64,000 bases of DNA from Eledone cirrhosa (Eukaryota): NCBI GenBank assembly GCA_964016885.1, contig OZ024740.1, positions 214,706,001 to 214,770,000 on the forward strand. The letters run 5' to 3'. Numbering within the stretch: position 1 is the first letter of the stretch; every line of letters begins with the position of its first letter. The notes under the pieces are model-generated. The model worked only from the letters and a program-made list of their open reading frames with translations, had not been told where the DNA came from and ran no database searches. The translations under genes were made by a program, and so were the position numbers. This document shows positions 11,461 through 26,679 of the stretch, in pieces.

Positions 11461-11850
11461 ATAAAAGAATAATTAATATCGTCAAGTCAGCCAGACGGAA
11501 CTGATTCATTTCCGAGGTAAGTCCATCTTAAAATATGGACTCAGCAGGGAGAAATGTGCAACACTTGTTGTACATATTTACAGCAAGATAACCTCTCTTG
11601 AAGGATCTACCTGGTCGCTCGACCTACTAGAAATAACAACCACATCTCCATTATATCAAACCCAACCATCTTACAAAAGAAGGACACAGTGTGTCTGAAA
11701 AACAACAACATAAAGTCTAAATAAGAACAACAACAACCACAACAACTTAATGCAGTATTAGTGATAAAATATGAATTATGGACATAAAATATAAAACAGT
11801 ATAAAATAATGTTCATTTTTATTTTTTTGTTTATTTGTTTGTTTGTTATA

Positions 11851-12017
11851 TGCGGTGAATTAGCAGAACAGTTAGGGTGCCGGATTAAATGAACTTTGAG
11901 TTCCATTCCGTCTGTTTTTACCGAAAAGGTGGTGACATTTCTTAGTTTCTTTGATCTGAATGGCTTCCCTCTCCTCCAAAATTGTTGGCCTTGTGCCTCA
12001 ATCAGAAACCATTATTA
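11851..12017 (+). mobile_element. Internally deleted SINE
   Basis: Head GCGGTGAATTAGCAGAACAGTTAG and tail GGCCTTGTGCCTCAATCAGAAACCATTATTA. Confidence 0.55.
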
Positions 12018-12207
12018 ACGGTCATGCATATATGGTCCCGTGACCCCTGGGGAAGATGTTAGGGTGCTGTATTGACATACAGCTTTTCTAGGGCATTTTA
12101 AAATCTGGCGTAGCCAATCTCCTCTCCAGGTGGGAATACAACAGATTTCTTTCAGAGAACGATAGAGAGAGTGAGGTAATGGAAACGAGAAAGAGATATA
12201 GAGGAAG

Positions 12208-12358
12208 AATCGACCCCAGTACTAGACTGGTACTTTTTTATTGACCTCGAAAGGATGAAAGGCAAAATTGACCTCGGCGGGATTTGAACTCAGAGAGCAG
12301 AGAACCGAAACAAAGCATTCTAACCGACGTTCTAACGACTCTGTCAATTCGCCGCCTA
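12208..12358 (-). mobile_element. Deu/Nin-type SINE
   Basis: ATCGACCCCAGTACTAGACTGGTACT...GGATGAAAGGCAAA..GACCTCGGCGGGATTTGAACTCAGA. Confidence 0.85.
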
Positions 12359-12682
12359 TTGACAGCCATATGCACTAGTAAATAAATAAATATTTTCCCC
12401 GCACTCTGGAATTAACTGCAGAGGCGTGAAGTAGAAAATGTGTTTAAAAGATACTCCTTTGTTAAATCCTGTATTCTATTAAGAAGGATTTTTTTGTTGA
12501 TTCAAATTTTCTTTATATTTGATTTCTCGTTTTAAGAAAAAACAACAAAAGAATAAAAATAAACATAACAAAACTAAAACCCAGCACATTTCTGGTTTCT
12601 TTTTCAGCTTCCTTAAAAAATATGAATAAAGACGTAAATAAAAAGAGGAAATATATTGTAGTATAAAGTATAAAATATATAT

Positions 12683-12757
<75 letters not shown>

Positions 12758-13254
12758 TAAATATATAAATATATATATAAACATATAATTATATAAATAT
12801 ATATATATATATAAATATATATATAAACATATATATATATATATATATACATAAATATGAAAGTATAAATATAAAAACATAAATATAAATATATAAAAAG
12901 TAAACTCTAAATAACAATATAAAATAAAAGAAGCTAAGATGTTATCGATTACACCTTACACATATATTAAAGATAAAGATATATTTGGGATTATTATGCA
13001 AGCTGAAAGAGAAAAGAAATTAGGTAAAATTGTCACGTTGCACACGCCATCATTTCCCGTTTTTCTACACCTCACTAACAACAGTGATCCGACCGTCTCT
13101 TACATCTTACCAAGGCAGACATCAACTGTTCTATTGCAGCATTGTTTTCTTCTAAATGTCACCATGTCTGTGCGTGATTACCTTCCTTAACAGGAATACT
13201 GCAGGAAATTCACGAGAAACGAATATCACTGCCAAGGAAACTGGCGAAACCTAA

Positions 13255-13553
<299 letters not shown>

Positions 13554-13829
13554 TGGGTGTGTACATATAGTGTGTGCTGTGTGTATGCCTGTGTGCGCAT
13601 TGTGTACATGCCTGAGTGCGCGTGTCTGCATGCCTGTGTGCACATTTGTCTGCATGCCTGTGATCACGCGTGTATGCATGCCTGTATGCATGCATGTGTG
13701 CATGTGTGTGTGCCTTTGTACGCATGTGTGCATCCCTGTGATCGCGCGTGCATTATTTTGCATTTTTAATAAGCATATCCGTTAATGGGCGTATCTAGCT
13801 ATCACTCCTCTCATATTGACTGTTTCAAA

Positions 13830-14010
13830 ACGAGGAGAATACGAGAACTCGAGAACACGAAGAGAACACGTGGAGAACACGTGGAAAACGCGAGGAGAAC
13901 ACGGGGAGGACACGAGGAGAATACGAGGAGTACACGTGGAGAACACGGGGAGAACACGGGGAGTACACGGGGGGGACACGAGAACACGAGGAGAACGCGA
14001 GGTGAACACA
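13830..14010. repeat. 11-bp minisatellite (GGAGAACACGN)
   Basis: About 15 imperfect copies visible. Confidence 0.85.
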
Positions 14011-14182
14011 AGCATGGCTTACCTCCGATAATATTCGTTTTGACTCCTTTGGTATTAACCAAACATTTTTCAGTGTAGCGAGAAATGTAGATTGTGGTAT
14101 CTATATATATCACAATGATGTTAGTGACGTCAACCAACTGAAAACATTTCAACTACCATTCAACACTGCATCGTTACATAAT

Positions 14183-14427
14183 GGTTAGGGTATTCGACAC
14201 ACAATCGCATGATCGTGAGTTCGATTCCCGATAGTGTGCTGTGTCCATGAGGCATACTTTATTTCATGATGCTCCAGTGAACTCAGCTGGAAAAAAAATG
14301 AGTTGTACCTGTAATTCAACGGATAATCTTGTACATACATTGTGTCACGTTGAATTTCCCTGAGAACTATGTTGATGGTGTACGTGTCTGTCGAATTCTC
14401 AGCCACTTCCATGTTAATTTCACCAGT
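14183..14427 (+). mobile_element. tRNA-derived SINE with Meta-like domain
   Basis: GTGAGTTCGATTCCC...GTGTCCATGAGGCATACTTTATTTCA..TGCTCCAGT.AACTCAGCTGG..AATGAGT. Confidence 0.75.
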
Positions 14428-14767
14428 CTATTGTTTTAAAATAACTGGAAGTCACCATAACTGACGTTAGGTAAAAGACCAGTAATTTGGGGGAAGAAAA
14501 CAATCAAATAAATCTACGCCAGTACATGACTGGTACGTATTGTTATCTCAAGCAATACAGTGAAACATGTAATCTAATGTGAGGCAGAGCAATGATTGCT
14601 CAAACCTATTGATTTCAAAGATTTAGGCCAAAGGTGTTGTGGAAGTCATGCCTTTCCATAATAGAATTATCAGTGTGAATGAGTTAGATCTCGGTGGTAT
14701 ATTTCTTTCCCTCTAAAAAAGAAATGAAAATTCCATCAAAATGACCTACGACTCGATTTTGAAATCA

Positions 14768-15645
14768 GATTGTACCCGTCATAGTTTATAACGAGAAGAT
14801 CTGGTTTTATTGTACCTATCATGGTAGTTTATAAGGAGAAGATCTGGTCTAATTGTACCAGTCATAGTTTATAAGGAGACGGCATGATCTAATTGGACCT
14901 GTCAGTTTATAAGGACAAGATCTGGTCTGATTGTACCTGTCATGGTTTCTGTCATAGTTTATAAGGAGAAGATCTGGTCTGATTGGACCTATCATAGTTT
15001 ATAAGAAGATCTCGTTTAATTGGACCTATCATAGTTTATAAGAAGATCTGATCTAATTGGACCTGTCATAGTTTATAAGGACAAGATCTGGTCTAACTGG
15101 ATCAGTCATAGTTTATAAGGAGAAAATCTGGTCTAATTGTACCTATCATAGTTTATAAGATCTGGTCTAATTGGACCAGTCATAGTTTATAACGAGATCT
15201 GGTCTGATTGGACCTGTCTTAGTTTATAAGGACAAGATCTGGTTAGATTGTACCTCGTCATAGTTTATAAGGAGAAGATCTGGTTTTATTGGACCTATCA
15301 TAGTTTATAAGATCTGGTCTAATTGTACCAGTCATAGTTTATAAGGACAAGATCAGGTCTGATTGGACCAGTCATAGTTTATAACGAGATCTGGTCTCAT
15401 TGGACCTGTCTTAGATTATAAGGGCAAGATCTAGTCATATTGTACCCCGTCATAGTTTATAGGGAGAAGATCTGGTCTTATTGGACATGTCATAGTCTAT
15501 ATAGATAAGATCTGGTCGGATTGAACCTGTAATAGGTTACAAGGAGAAGATCTCGTCTAATTGTACCTCGTCATAGTTTTATTGGACTTGTCATAGTCTA
15601 TAGAGATAAGATCTGGTCGGATTGGACCTATCATAGGTTACAGAG
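14768..15645. repeat. Degenerate minisatellite, unit about 35-42 bp
   Basis: Consensus ATTGGACCTGTCATAGTTTATAAGGAGAAGATCTGGTCTA, about 22 copies. Confidence 0.9.
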
Positions 15646-15693
15646 ATAAAACATCATCTAAACTTGCTTCTTCTACTTTAAAGCCCACATCAT

Positions 15694-15886
15694 TGGTGGA
15701 TTGGCAGTATCGGTAGAGGGTCGGGGACCATACTTTGACGCATAGAGTTATGGCTCTTGTCATTCTGAGTTCAAATCCCGCCGAGGTTAACTTTGTCTTT
15801 CATCCTTACGGGGTCGACAAAATAAAGTACCAGTAATACACTGGGATAATTGCTGGCCTTGTGCCTAAAAATAGAAACAATTATTA
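15694..15886 (+). mobile_element. Deu/Nin-type SINE (deleted subfamily)
   Basis: GGTGGATTGGCAGTATCGGTAGAG...GAGTTCAAATCCCGCCGAGG...GGCCTTGTGCCTAA..TAGAAACAATTATTA. Confidence 0.9.
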
Positions 15887-16099
15887 CGAACTAGGGGTTG
15901 TTTCTTTACGAGTTAACATCGTATAATGATATATTGGGGAACACAAACAAAACTGATTTATTATTAACACCAGTCTTTTGTATATTTTGAGTAGAAGAAA
16001 ACAGATTTAAACGAAAAGGGGCCACACTGACACGTCAACTGTATACATTTGGCTTAGAAACCACGGGCCTCTTTGCAAGTCTCTGAACACCCGAATTAT

Positions 16100-17246
<1,147 letters not shown>

Positions 17247-17968
17247 TGCACTACTTGGCTGTCATCAGCAAAAGACTGGTGAGTTATGACTGGTCATCAA
17301 GCCTATAGTATATAGATTATAGGTAGCTTCTCTAGCAGGTGTGTATACATATACCACTTAGATTTTAGTTCACCTTACATTCGACTCTTTTTTTCCCTTT
17401 CTTTTCCATATTTATTTATGTTTGATGTCATTAACGCCGATGTTTTACACTCTGCTCTGCAGATCACACATGATAATAGATGAATAGACGTTTGTTTTTA
17501 TTCTCTTTTTATCCATATTACGTGACATATCTATTTCTAAAGGTCACCACCTACCATTAAGATTTCTAACTCTTTCTATTGTCCCTTCCGTAAAATGTGT
17601 TGCTGCTTATGTATCCGAATAAAGCCTCTATAAAAACTCCAGATGGTACAGTCAAAAGAATTCAGTTTTTTAATTAATAACTATACCCGTAACGGAATAA
17701 AAAAATAAATTACACTTCCCTGTAATAGTACTTATATACTTATACATTTATATATACATATACATTTATATATACATATACATTTATATATACATACATA
17801 TATATATGTATATATTTATATATATATTTATATATATTATATATATATTTATATATATTTATATATATATTTATATATATTATATATATTTATATATATT
17901 TATATATATATTTATATATATATTTATATATATATTTATATATATTTATTTATATATATGTGTATATA

Positions 17969-18058
17969 TGTTTCGTTTCTGAATTTGTTTAGCAAGATTC
18001 TTTATCTGAAATCGTGTGTTGAAACCGATATTGTTATACTTTGGGAGGGTCATGTTGT
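17969..18058 (-). mobile_element. 3' terminal stub of the PLE family at 2396-3870
   Basis: Reverse complement of 3783-3870 (CAACATGAC.CTCCCAAAGTATAACAATATCGG.TTCAACACACG...CTAAACAAATTCAGAAA), inserted in a TA tract. Confidence 0.85.
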
Positions 18059-18099
18059 ATATATGTATATATATATATAGTGAAAAATGGAACGGGAAC

Positions 18100-18530
18100 A
18101 AAACAGAGAGGCAGTACGACCTTGATCACCTTGGCCGACCAGTCTGTCGGGCGCCATTCGGTGCCGCTGGTCACAGCACGTTGCTGTTTTAGCCACTGGC
18201 TGGGCAGGCAGGCCGTAAGTCTAAAGTCTGTCTTAAGCCAGAAGGCTCATTTGGCCGGTGCTTATCCCAGCTTCGTGACGTGAAGCGACTGAGAGCACAA
18301 TACTACCCCCTAGACAGGACGCCAGTCCATCGCAGAGTTAAACCTCCAGCTATTGCTGGTACTCATTTTCAGCTGAGTAAACTGGAGCAACGTGAAATAA
18401 AGTGTCTTCCTCAAGGAAACAACACATCACCTGTTGCGAGAATTGAACTCACAACCTTTCGATTGCAAGCCTACTGTTAGAGCAGTAGGCTTGCAATCGA
18501 AAGGTTGTGAGTTCAATTCTCGGATGTGTT

Positions 18531-18531
<1 letters not shown>
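18100..18531 (-). mobile_element. Meta-domain SINE whose tRNA head is duplicated in inverted orientation
   Basis: GGTACTCATTTTCAGCTGAGTAAACTGGAGCAACGTGAAATAAAGTGTCTT.CTCAAGGA. 39-bp perfect arms at about 18438-18476 and 18482-18521. Confidence 0.8.
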
Positions 18532-18586
<55 letters not shown>

Positions 18587-18738
18587 AAATGTGTGAGATC
18601 CTTGCTACAGTTAGGTATATTTGTAGTTCTAAGTAATTTTATAACATTATAGTATTATAAAATTAAATCAATTTATTTAGAACTTCAAGTGAAGTCATTC
18701 TTTTCCTTTTTTTCATATATATATATATACATTTATGA

Positions 18739-18806
<68 letters not shown>

Positions 18807-19490
18807 ATATATATACATATATGCGTGTATATATATATATATATATATAGTTGTTTGTATGGGAAAATATGACAATAAATAATATTAAAAGCGGTATCTG
18901 ATAAATTATAAAATAAAGGAAGCCTGTAGGCAAAACATAGAGATAACAAATATTTAATGAAATCCGTAAAGCAGGAAAGACGATAACGGTTTCAAAGATA
19001 AATGCTTGGAATATGCATTTACAAAAACGGTTGCGAACTAGCAAAGTCTCGGTGGTTGAGTGGTACAATCGCTGGATATATAATTGTGTAACTGTTAATT
19101 TTAAATGGCCAAGACTGCTCAGAGTTCAATCTCTCCCGAAAGAAGAAGAACTTTGTTTCTCGTTTTGCTAGTTAGAAGATAATAGAATGTAGAAGCATGA
19201 TTCGCACTTGGTGTTTCTTTCGACTCGGTGTCGATCTTTGTCTAGCTCGAACGTCCTTTGGCTTCGCTGAACCGTGCCCCGCTCACCTCGGCGTCGACAG
19301 TATGTGTGTGTGTGTGTGAGAGAGACATCTATGGGGCAGAACCTCTAAACAAGTGTGATACTTTATTATCTCTTTTGTTATCATATTTCTAATATGATGG
19401 AAGGATCTAGTAATGTAATATAAATGAAAGAGTGTAACTTTGTGTTTAGGGTTCATTAGATTGTGAGTTTGATCTTGACCAACAGACATT

Positions 19491-19860
19491 GAATTGGCAG
19501 TATCGGTAGAGGGTTGGACGCCATGCTTTCTAGCATAGTTACGTCCCTTTACGGTCTGAGTTCAAATCCCGCCGAGGTTAACTTTGCCTTTCATCCTTAT
19601 GGGATCGATAAAATAAAGTACCAGTAATGTACTGGGTTATTGCTGGCCTTGTGCCAAAACTAGAAACAATTATTTTATGTTGTTCTTGTCTACTCTGGAT
19701 TTCAAGGGTCAGCCTTGTCACTCTGTCATGCTGAATCTACTTAAGAATTACACTAAGGAGTTACACCAGTCTTTAGAATATTTAGCCAGACATTAACTTC
19801 ACGGCCAAGATGTTCCAAATAAATGGAACACTCATCATCAGGGCAGACGAAGGTCCAACA
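19491..19860 (+). mobile_element. Deu/Nin-type SINE (19491-19675) followed by a Meta-SINE 3' part
   Basis: Same motifs as 15694, then TTCAAGGGTCAGCCTTGTCACTCTGTCATGCTGAATC. Confidence 0.8.
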
Positions 19861-19947
19861 ACAACAGTAATATAACTATCTCATTATTTGTATTGAGTAC
19901 CTTACTTACTGTGGTTACCCCCGATTGAACCCGGGATACACACACAC

Positions 19948-20090
<143 letters not shown>

Positions 20091-20310
20091 AAAGGTAAAC
20101 AGAAATAACAACACAATCGGTACAGTATATGGAAGGAATATATTAGGTTAACGTTTGATATAGCAGGAAGAGGGTTTAACGTTTCGGACGCTAGTTCTTC
20201 ATCAGAAGAAAGAATGAGAAATAAGATAGATTGAGGGGGGGGGGGGTTGGAATTGGAAAAAATGTCTTTAGATAAAAATAACAGGTCCATTCATGTTGAC
20301 ATCGCTTGGA
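20091..20310 (-). mobile_element. PLE-derived fragment with minimal hammerhead-like core
   Basis: Minus 20176-20210: CTGATGA-AGAAC-TAGC-GTCC-GAAAC-GTTA. Stem I pairing is poor. Related to 86-315. Confidence 0.55.
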
Positions 20311-20326
20311 TATATATATATATATA

Positions 20327-20485
20327 GGAAAAAGTATGACCCCGACGGCAGAGCTCTGACGTCGAAACGGCTTGAGCTCTGCCGTCGGGTCATACTTTTT
20401 CCTATTTCCCACTCTACTACCCTAAGTATTGAGTACTCTGGTGCGTTATGGTCCATTTGGTTCCTTACCACAATTCCTTTAGTAT
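20327..20485 (+). mobile_element. Short fold-back PLE derivative (30-bp arms) plus tail
   Basis: GGAAAAAGTATGACCCCGACGGCAGAGCTC-TGACGTCGAAACGGCTT-GAGCTCTGCCGTCGGGTCATACTTTTTCC, then TTGAGTACTC tail. Confidence 0.7.
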
Positions 20486-20506
20486 ATATATATATATATA
20501 TATATA

Positions 20507-20776
20507 TAGTAATAATAATAAATTTGAAGACTAAAATCCAAAGAGAGCTCGATAAGAAATAACAGATTAAAGTTTAAGCAAAGAATCGGTGCTTTCACCC
20601 TTAACGGGATCTTCTGAAACTAACCAATGTCTCTTGGTCAAGGTCAAACTCACAATCTAATGAACCCTAAACACAAAGTTACACTCTTTCATTTATATTA
20701 CATTACTAGTTAGTTTCAGAAGATCCCGTTAAGGGTGAAAGCAGCGATTCTTTGCTTAAACTTTAATCTGTTATTT
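20507..20776. mobile_element. Fold-back element (68-bp arms 20557-20624 and 20709-20776) with captured spacer; terminal stubs of the same family at 1-40 and 26101-26150
   Basis: Arms differ by one base. Arm has CAGAAGA-TCCC(GTTA)AGGG-T-GAAAG (hammerhead relic). Terminal GAAGACTAAAATCC.AAGAG recurs at the stubs. Confidence 0.8.
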
Positions 20777-20797
20777 TAATAATAAATAAATAAATAA

Positions 20798-20857
<60 letters not shown>

Positions 20858-21338
20858 GCATATATCTAGTGAGATATTAGAATAGCTACAAGTGTGTATA
20901 TATGTATGTGTTTTCTGTCTCAGATGTGTGTCTGTAATATCCTAACATCGCTTTATCAGTTAATTCATAATTTAATTGCTCGTCTTATTTCTCCTTATAA
21001 ACATCGAATCATGTTAAGCTACCTTAAAACGGCGGACATGAATAAATGATATATGTTTGTCTATGGAGATTGGTCTACCTTCTTCATCTTCTTCTTCTTC
21101 TTCTTCTTCTTCTTCTTCTTCTTCTTCTTCTTTTTCTTCTTTTCTTCTTCTTCTTCTTCTGAGTGTGATAAACGAGCTACAAAATTAATCTCTGCGAGAT
21201 TTGAACTCAGCGATCAATGAGACTTACCAAATGCCGAGACATTCAATCCGTAGCTCTAATAACTGTAGTACTCTTAAACCATTGGTAAAATCCTTGAGTA
21301 AGATATTGACCAATCGGCCCTAGTTAACACTTATTTAA

Positions 21339-21542
21339 CCCTTTAGCATTCACATTACTCTATATATACTATTGTATTTTCATGGTAAACACTTTATCTC
21401 GCATAATATCGAATCTATGAGATTTTGATATTATATATTTTGAGAACAATACCTTAACATCAATATGAGCAGCCGGTTTCAACCGGTTTGCACAGAAAGT
21501 GGTGAGAGAATTCTGGCCGGATATGGTTTAAATGTTAAAGGG
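21339..21542. mobile_element. piggyBac-like MITE
   Basis: TTAA|CCCTTTAGCATT ... AATGTTAAAGGG|CTAA: terminal inverted repeats with TTAA-type target site. Confidence 0.75.
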
Positions 21543-21868
21543 CTAACTATTATTTCATTACTATCAGTCAAATTGGTTCTCCAGCACCGAGAATATATTT
21601 ATATTGCTGTATATCACTAATTCTGTATCTCTATTTTGATGTGTCTCTCTCTATTCCTTCCTTTTCTCAACTTTCATACGGCCATCTTTACTTTCACCTC
21701 TTCCTTCTTCTTGTTTCTCAATCCTACTTTCAAATATGTGTGCATATATATGTATACACACATACACACACACACACACATACACACACACACATGTATG
21801 TATGTATGGACAATTCTTCTTCGCTCTCAAAATCTGTCTCTATCTCTATGTGCAGGCATATTTATGTC

Positions 21869-21983
<115 letters not shown>

Positions 21984-22086
21984 GTGTATGCGTGTGTGTG
22001 TGTGTCTACATATATATACATAAACAAAAGCTTTGTATCGAAACAATTGTAAAGATTAAATGATTTTAGATCTATCCATCATCTTA

Positions 22087-22123
<37 letters not shown>

Positions 22124-22585
22124 ACAAGTTCAGCACGAAGCTAAGCCTAAGAGAAAAAAGACAATGGTTTTAATGTCTTACACTGCACATTAAACCACAG
22201 CCAACCTCTGGATATAAAAGAACTTCACGTCTCTTCACGATGTCTGCTTTTCTCATACACAGTAAATGAAAAACTCTTCAGAATTCTCATGTTGAACTTT
22301 CAATGGCAAATAGATAGGGACACGAGATTATATTTTATTTTATTTTGTTATGTTATATTTAATTTAATTTTATTAATTTAGTTTTGAATTGTATTCGGTG
22401 GGGAGGGGGACCATTTTATCGTTTGTTTTGTTTTTTTTTTGTTTTATATTTATATATTTTTGTTCACACCTCGTTGTAATCTGGTCCCACCAGTCAATTT
22501 ATCCACAGTTATGGGGCTAGCGATAAAATAATGAATGAAAAGAAAACAATATGTATATATGTGTGTGTGTGTGTGTGTGTGTATG

Positions 22586-22621
<36 letters not shown>

Positions 22622-22720
22622 TATACATATTGTATGTATATATATATATATACGTATATATATATATACATATGTATATGTATGTCTGTGTGTGTAGGTG
22701 TTTGTGTGTATGTGTGTGTA

Positions 22721-22783
<63 letters not shown>

Positions 22784-22893
22784 ATGTGTGTGTGTGTGTG
22801 AATAAATTAGGAAAACGTGAAAAATCCTTAAAAATAATCAAACTAGAGCACATTCATGTTTTAGATGTAAAATATTTGACAGAAAAACTATTA

Positions 22894-22946
<53 letters not shown>

Positions 22947-23068
22947 TGGTAATAGTGTGTATATATGTACGTGTGTATGTATTTATGTATGTATGTATTT
23001 ATATATGAATGTATATATGTATGTATATATGTACGTATGTATGTATGTATTTTGTATGTATATATGTA

Positions 23069-23120
<52 letters not shown>

Positions 23121-23202
23121 CGTATGTATGTATGTTTGTATATATGTATGTATATATGTACGTATGTAAGTATGTATGTATATATGTATGTGTGTATATG
23201 TA

Positions 23203-23266
<64 letters not shown>

Positions 23267-23365
23267 CGTATGTATGTATGTTTGTATATATGTATGTATA
23301 TATGTATGTATGTTCGTATGTATGTATATATTTTTTGTATGTATATATGTATGTGTGTATATGTA

Positions 23366-23423
<58 letters not shown>

Positions 23424-23639
23424 CGTATGTATGTATGTTTGTATATATGTATGTATATATATGTATGTATGTATGCATGCATCTATGTATGTATATCTAG
23501 TCAGTAATGGGTGAACACGTAAAAACATCAATCTTGTTAATGAACACAGCTTGGAGGGACTTGGGTGACTTGGCCTATGTTGTACATGTAGGACAGCTGC
23601 GGCACAAGTCTAAGGAGAAGGAAGAAATAATGTCTGCCT

Positions 23640-25020
23640 GCCTGGCTGTGTGCTTGTGTGTGTGTGTGTGTGTATGTATGAGTGTGGCTGTGTGGCTGTG
23701 TGTGTGTGTGTGTGTGGTTGTGTGTATGTGAGTGTGGCTGTGTAGCTGTGTGGTTGTGTGTGTGTATGAGTGTGGCTGTGTGGCTGTGTGGTTGTGTGTG
23801 TGTATGAGTGTGGCTGTGTGGCTGTGTGGTTGTGTGTGTGTGTGTGTGGCTGTGTGGCTGTGTGGCTGTGTGTTTGTGTGTGTGTATGAGTGTGGCTGTG
23901 TGGTTGTGTGTGTGTGTGAGTGTGGCTGTGTGACTGTGTGTTTGTGTGGCCATGTGGCTGTGTGGTTGTGTGGCCATGTGACAGTGTGGCTGTGTGGCTG
24001 TGTGTCTGCGTGAGTGTGTGATTGTGTGTGGCTGTGTGGCTGTGTGGCTGTGTGTGTGTGAATGTGTGGCTGTGTGTGTGAGTGGCTGTGTGGCTGCGTG
24101 TGTGTGGATCTGTGGTTGTGTATTAGTGTGGCTGTGTGTATGTGGCTGTGTGTGTGTGTGAGTGGCTGTGTGTGTGTGGCTGTGTGACTGTGTGGTTGTG
24201 TGGCTGTGTGGCTGTGTGTGTGGTTGTGTGTGTGCGAGTGGATGTGCGACTGTATAGCTGTGTGGCTGTGTGGCTGTGTGGCCGTGTGGTTGTGTGGTTG
24301 CGTGTGAGTGTGTGTGCGACTGTGTAGCTGTGTGGCTGTGTGGTTGTGTGGTTGTGTGGCTGTGTAGCTGTGTGTGTGTGGCTGTGTAGCTGTGTGTGTA
24401 TGTGTGTGGCTGTGTGTGTGTGGGGCTGTGTGTGTGTGTGTGGGGGGGGGTCTGTGTGGCTGTGTGGCTGTGTGTGTGTGGATGTGTGGCTGTGTGGTTG
24501 TGTGTGTGTGAACGTGTGTGTGTTGCTGTGTGGTTGTGTGTGTGTGGCTGTATGTGGCTGAGTGTGTGAATGTGTGTGTGCGTGTGTGTGTGTGGGTGTG
24601 AATGTGTCGCTGTGTGGCTGTGTGAACGTGTGTGTGCGAACGTGTGTGTGTTGATGTGTGGTTGTGTGTGGCTGTGTGTGTGGCTGTGGTTGTGTGGCTG
24701 TGTAACTGAATGTGGCTGTGTGTGTGTGTGGCTGTGTCTGGCTGTGTGTGGCTGTGTGGCTGTGTATGTGTGTGGCTGTGTGGCTGTGTGTGTGCATGAG
24801 TGTGTGGCTGTGTGGATGTGTGTGTGTGTGGCTGTGTGGCTGTGTTGTGTGTGGCTGTGTGGCTGTATGTGTGTGTGAGTGTGCGGTTGTGTGGCTGTGT
24901 GGTTGTGTGTGTGTGTGTATTTGTGTGTCTGTGTGGTTGTCTGTGTGTGTGTATCTGTGTGTCTGTGTGGCTGTATCTGTGAGTGTGTCTGTGAGTGTGA
25001 CTGTGTACTTGTGTGTGTGT
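23640..25020. repeat. Degenerate (TG)n-derived repeat with TGTGGC units
   Basis: GT-rich low complexity, recurring GGCTGTGT. Confidence 0.9.
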
Positions 25021-25077
25021 ATGTTTCTATATTCAATATATATAAGTATGTGTGTGCTGTACAGTATATATATAAAT

Positions 25078-25173
<96 letters not shown>

Positions 25174-25711
25174 CTATATATTAATTTCAACAATGTCAGT
25201 ATTCCGTCATAATCTCGATTATCATTGGTTCATAGGTTTCAAGCGACTCCGCCCACCTCAACGACGCCAAACTTAAATTAATATGCATAATGCCAATGAG
25301 GGAGTGAGAGGGGAGAGAGAGAGGCAAAGTGAACGCTGTGTTTGGATACACTATGTATATGTGTCAGTGTAGAGACATGTGTGTGTGTGGAAATAAGAAG
25401 GAAAGGAAAGCAATAACTATTAACATGTGTGCATGTGCATGTACGTGCACGTATGTTTATGTGTGTGTGCGTGCGTGCAGCGTTCCACAGAAAGTAAAAA
25501 CTATCAACATGTGTGTGTGTGTGTGCGTGTGTGTAAGTTTGCGTGCGTGTGCGCGTTTCCATGCGTGTATGTGCGTGTATGTGCGGCATCCCACAATCAC
25601 CACGCAGTTTACTTGTCTGTGTGCCTGTCTGTCAGTCTAACATACACAGAGTTGTGAAGGGAGTAAATAGGGACCTTTTTTTACATTGACAGACATCTTT
25701 TATATTAATTA

Positions 25712-26063
25712 TCTATATCTATATCTACATATAATATAAAAGATTGGAACTTCCATCCTCCTTTTGAGAAACGTGGAACAACCATGTCTATGCAATGATA
25801 CATGTTTTACAGGCAGAAGATGAACCATGTCCTAGAGGTCACTAGGTGGGAGCACCTAGAATTGTTCATATACTATGCACAAACGGTACAACGAAGAATC
25901 TGGTATATGTGGAAGATTTTTTTTTTTACTGTTTTTTGTATCACACAGACACCACGGACTCGCCTCATACTGTAACCAGACAAACATCCAATACAGTCAT
26001 TTTCTCTTTTACCTGTCTTCTCTTATCATCTGTTTACCCGGGCGAAGCTGGGTACGTCAGCTA

Positions 26064-26064
<1 letters not shown>
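25712..26064 (+). mobile_element. Non-autonomous Helitron
   Basis: 5' A|TCTATATCTATATCTACATATAATA. 3' hairpin ACCCGG-GCGAAG-CTGGGT then CTAG|T. Confidence 0.75.
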
Positions 26065-26104
<40 letters not shown>

Positions 26105-26416
26105 AATAATAAATGTGAAGACTAAAATCCGAAGAGGGCTCGATAAGGATTATATATATATAAATATATATATAAACCAGTATATATGTGTGTGTGTGTT
26201 TATGTGTGTGTTTGTGTGTGTGCATGGTGGTGGTGGTGGTGGTGGTGGTGGTGTATTTGTATATATATATATATATATATATATGTATTTGTATATAAAT
26301 GTGTTTATATATATACAACAAAAACACACATATACCTACAACTATATGTATATATATATATACATACAGTATACATATGTATATATACACACATATGTAT
26401 ATATATATATATATAG

Positions 26417-26508
<92 letters not shown>

Positions 26509-26679
26509 GTTATAGTTGAGTGAGCTAAATGCGGATGAGGGTGCAGAGGCTGCCGATGGAAAGAGTGTGGGAGTGGGAAGAGGTTCTATGGTGCTAGAGG
26601 AAGGGGGAGAGGTGGTAATACTATTAAAGTTGACGGCTGAGAAAGAAGAAAAGAAAAATAGAAGAGGTAATTGATTTGT

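Noticed and set aside
15694-15790. tRNA gene
   Set aside because: A/B-box head without a cloverleaf, continuing into a SINE body.
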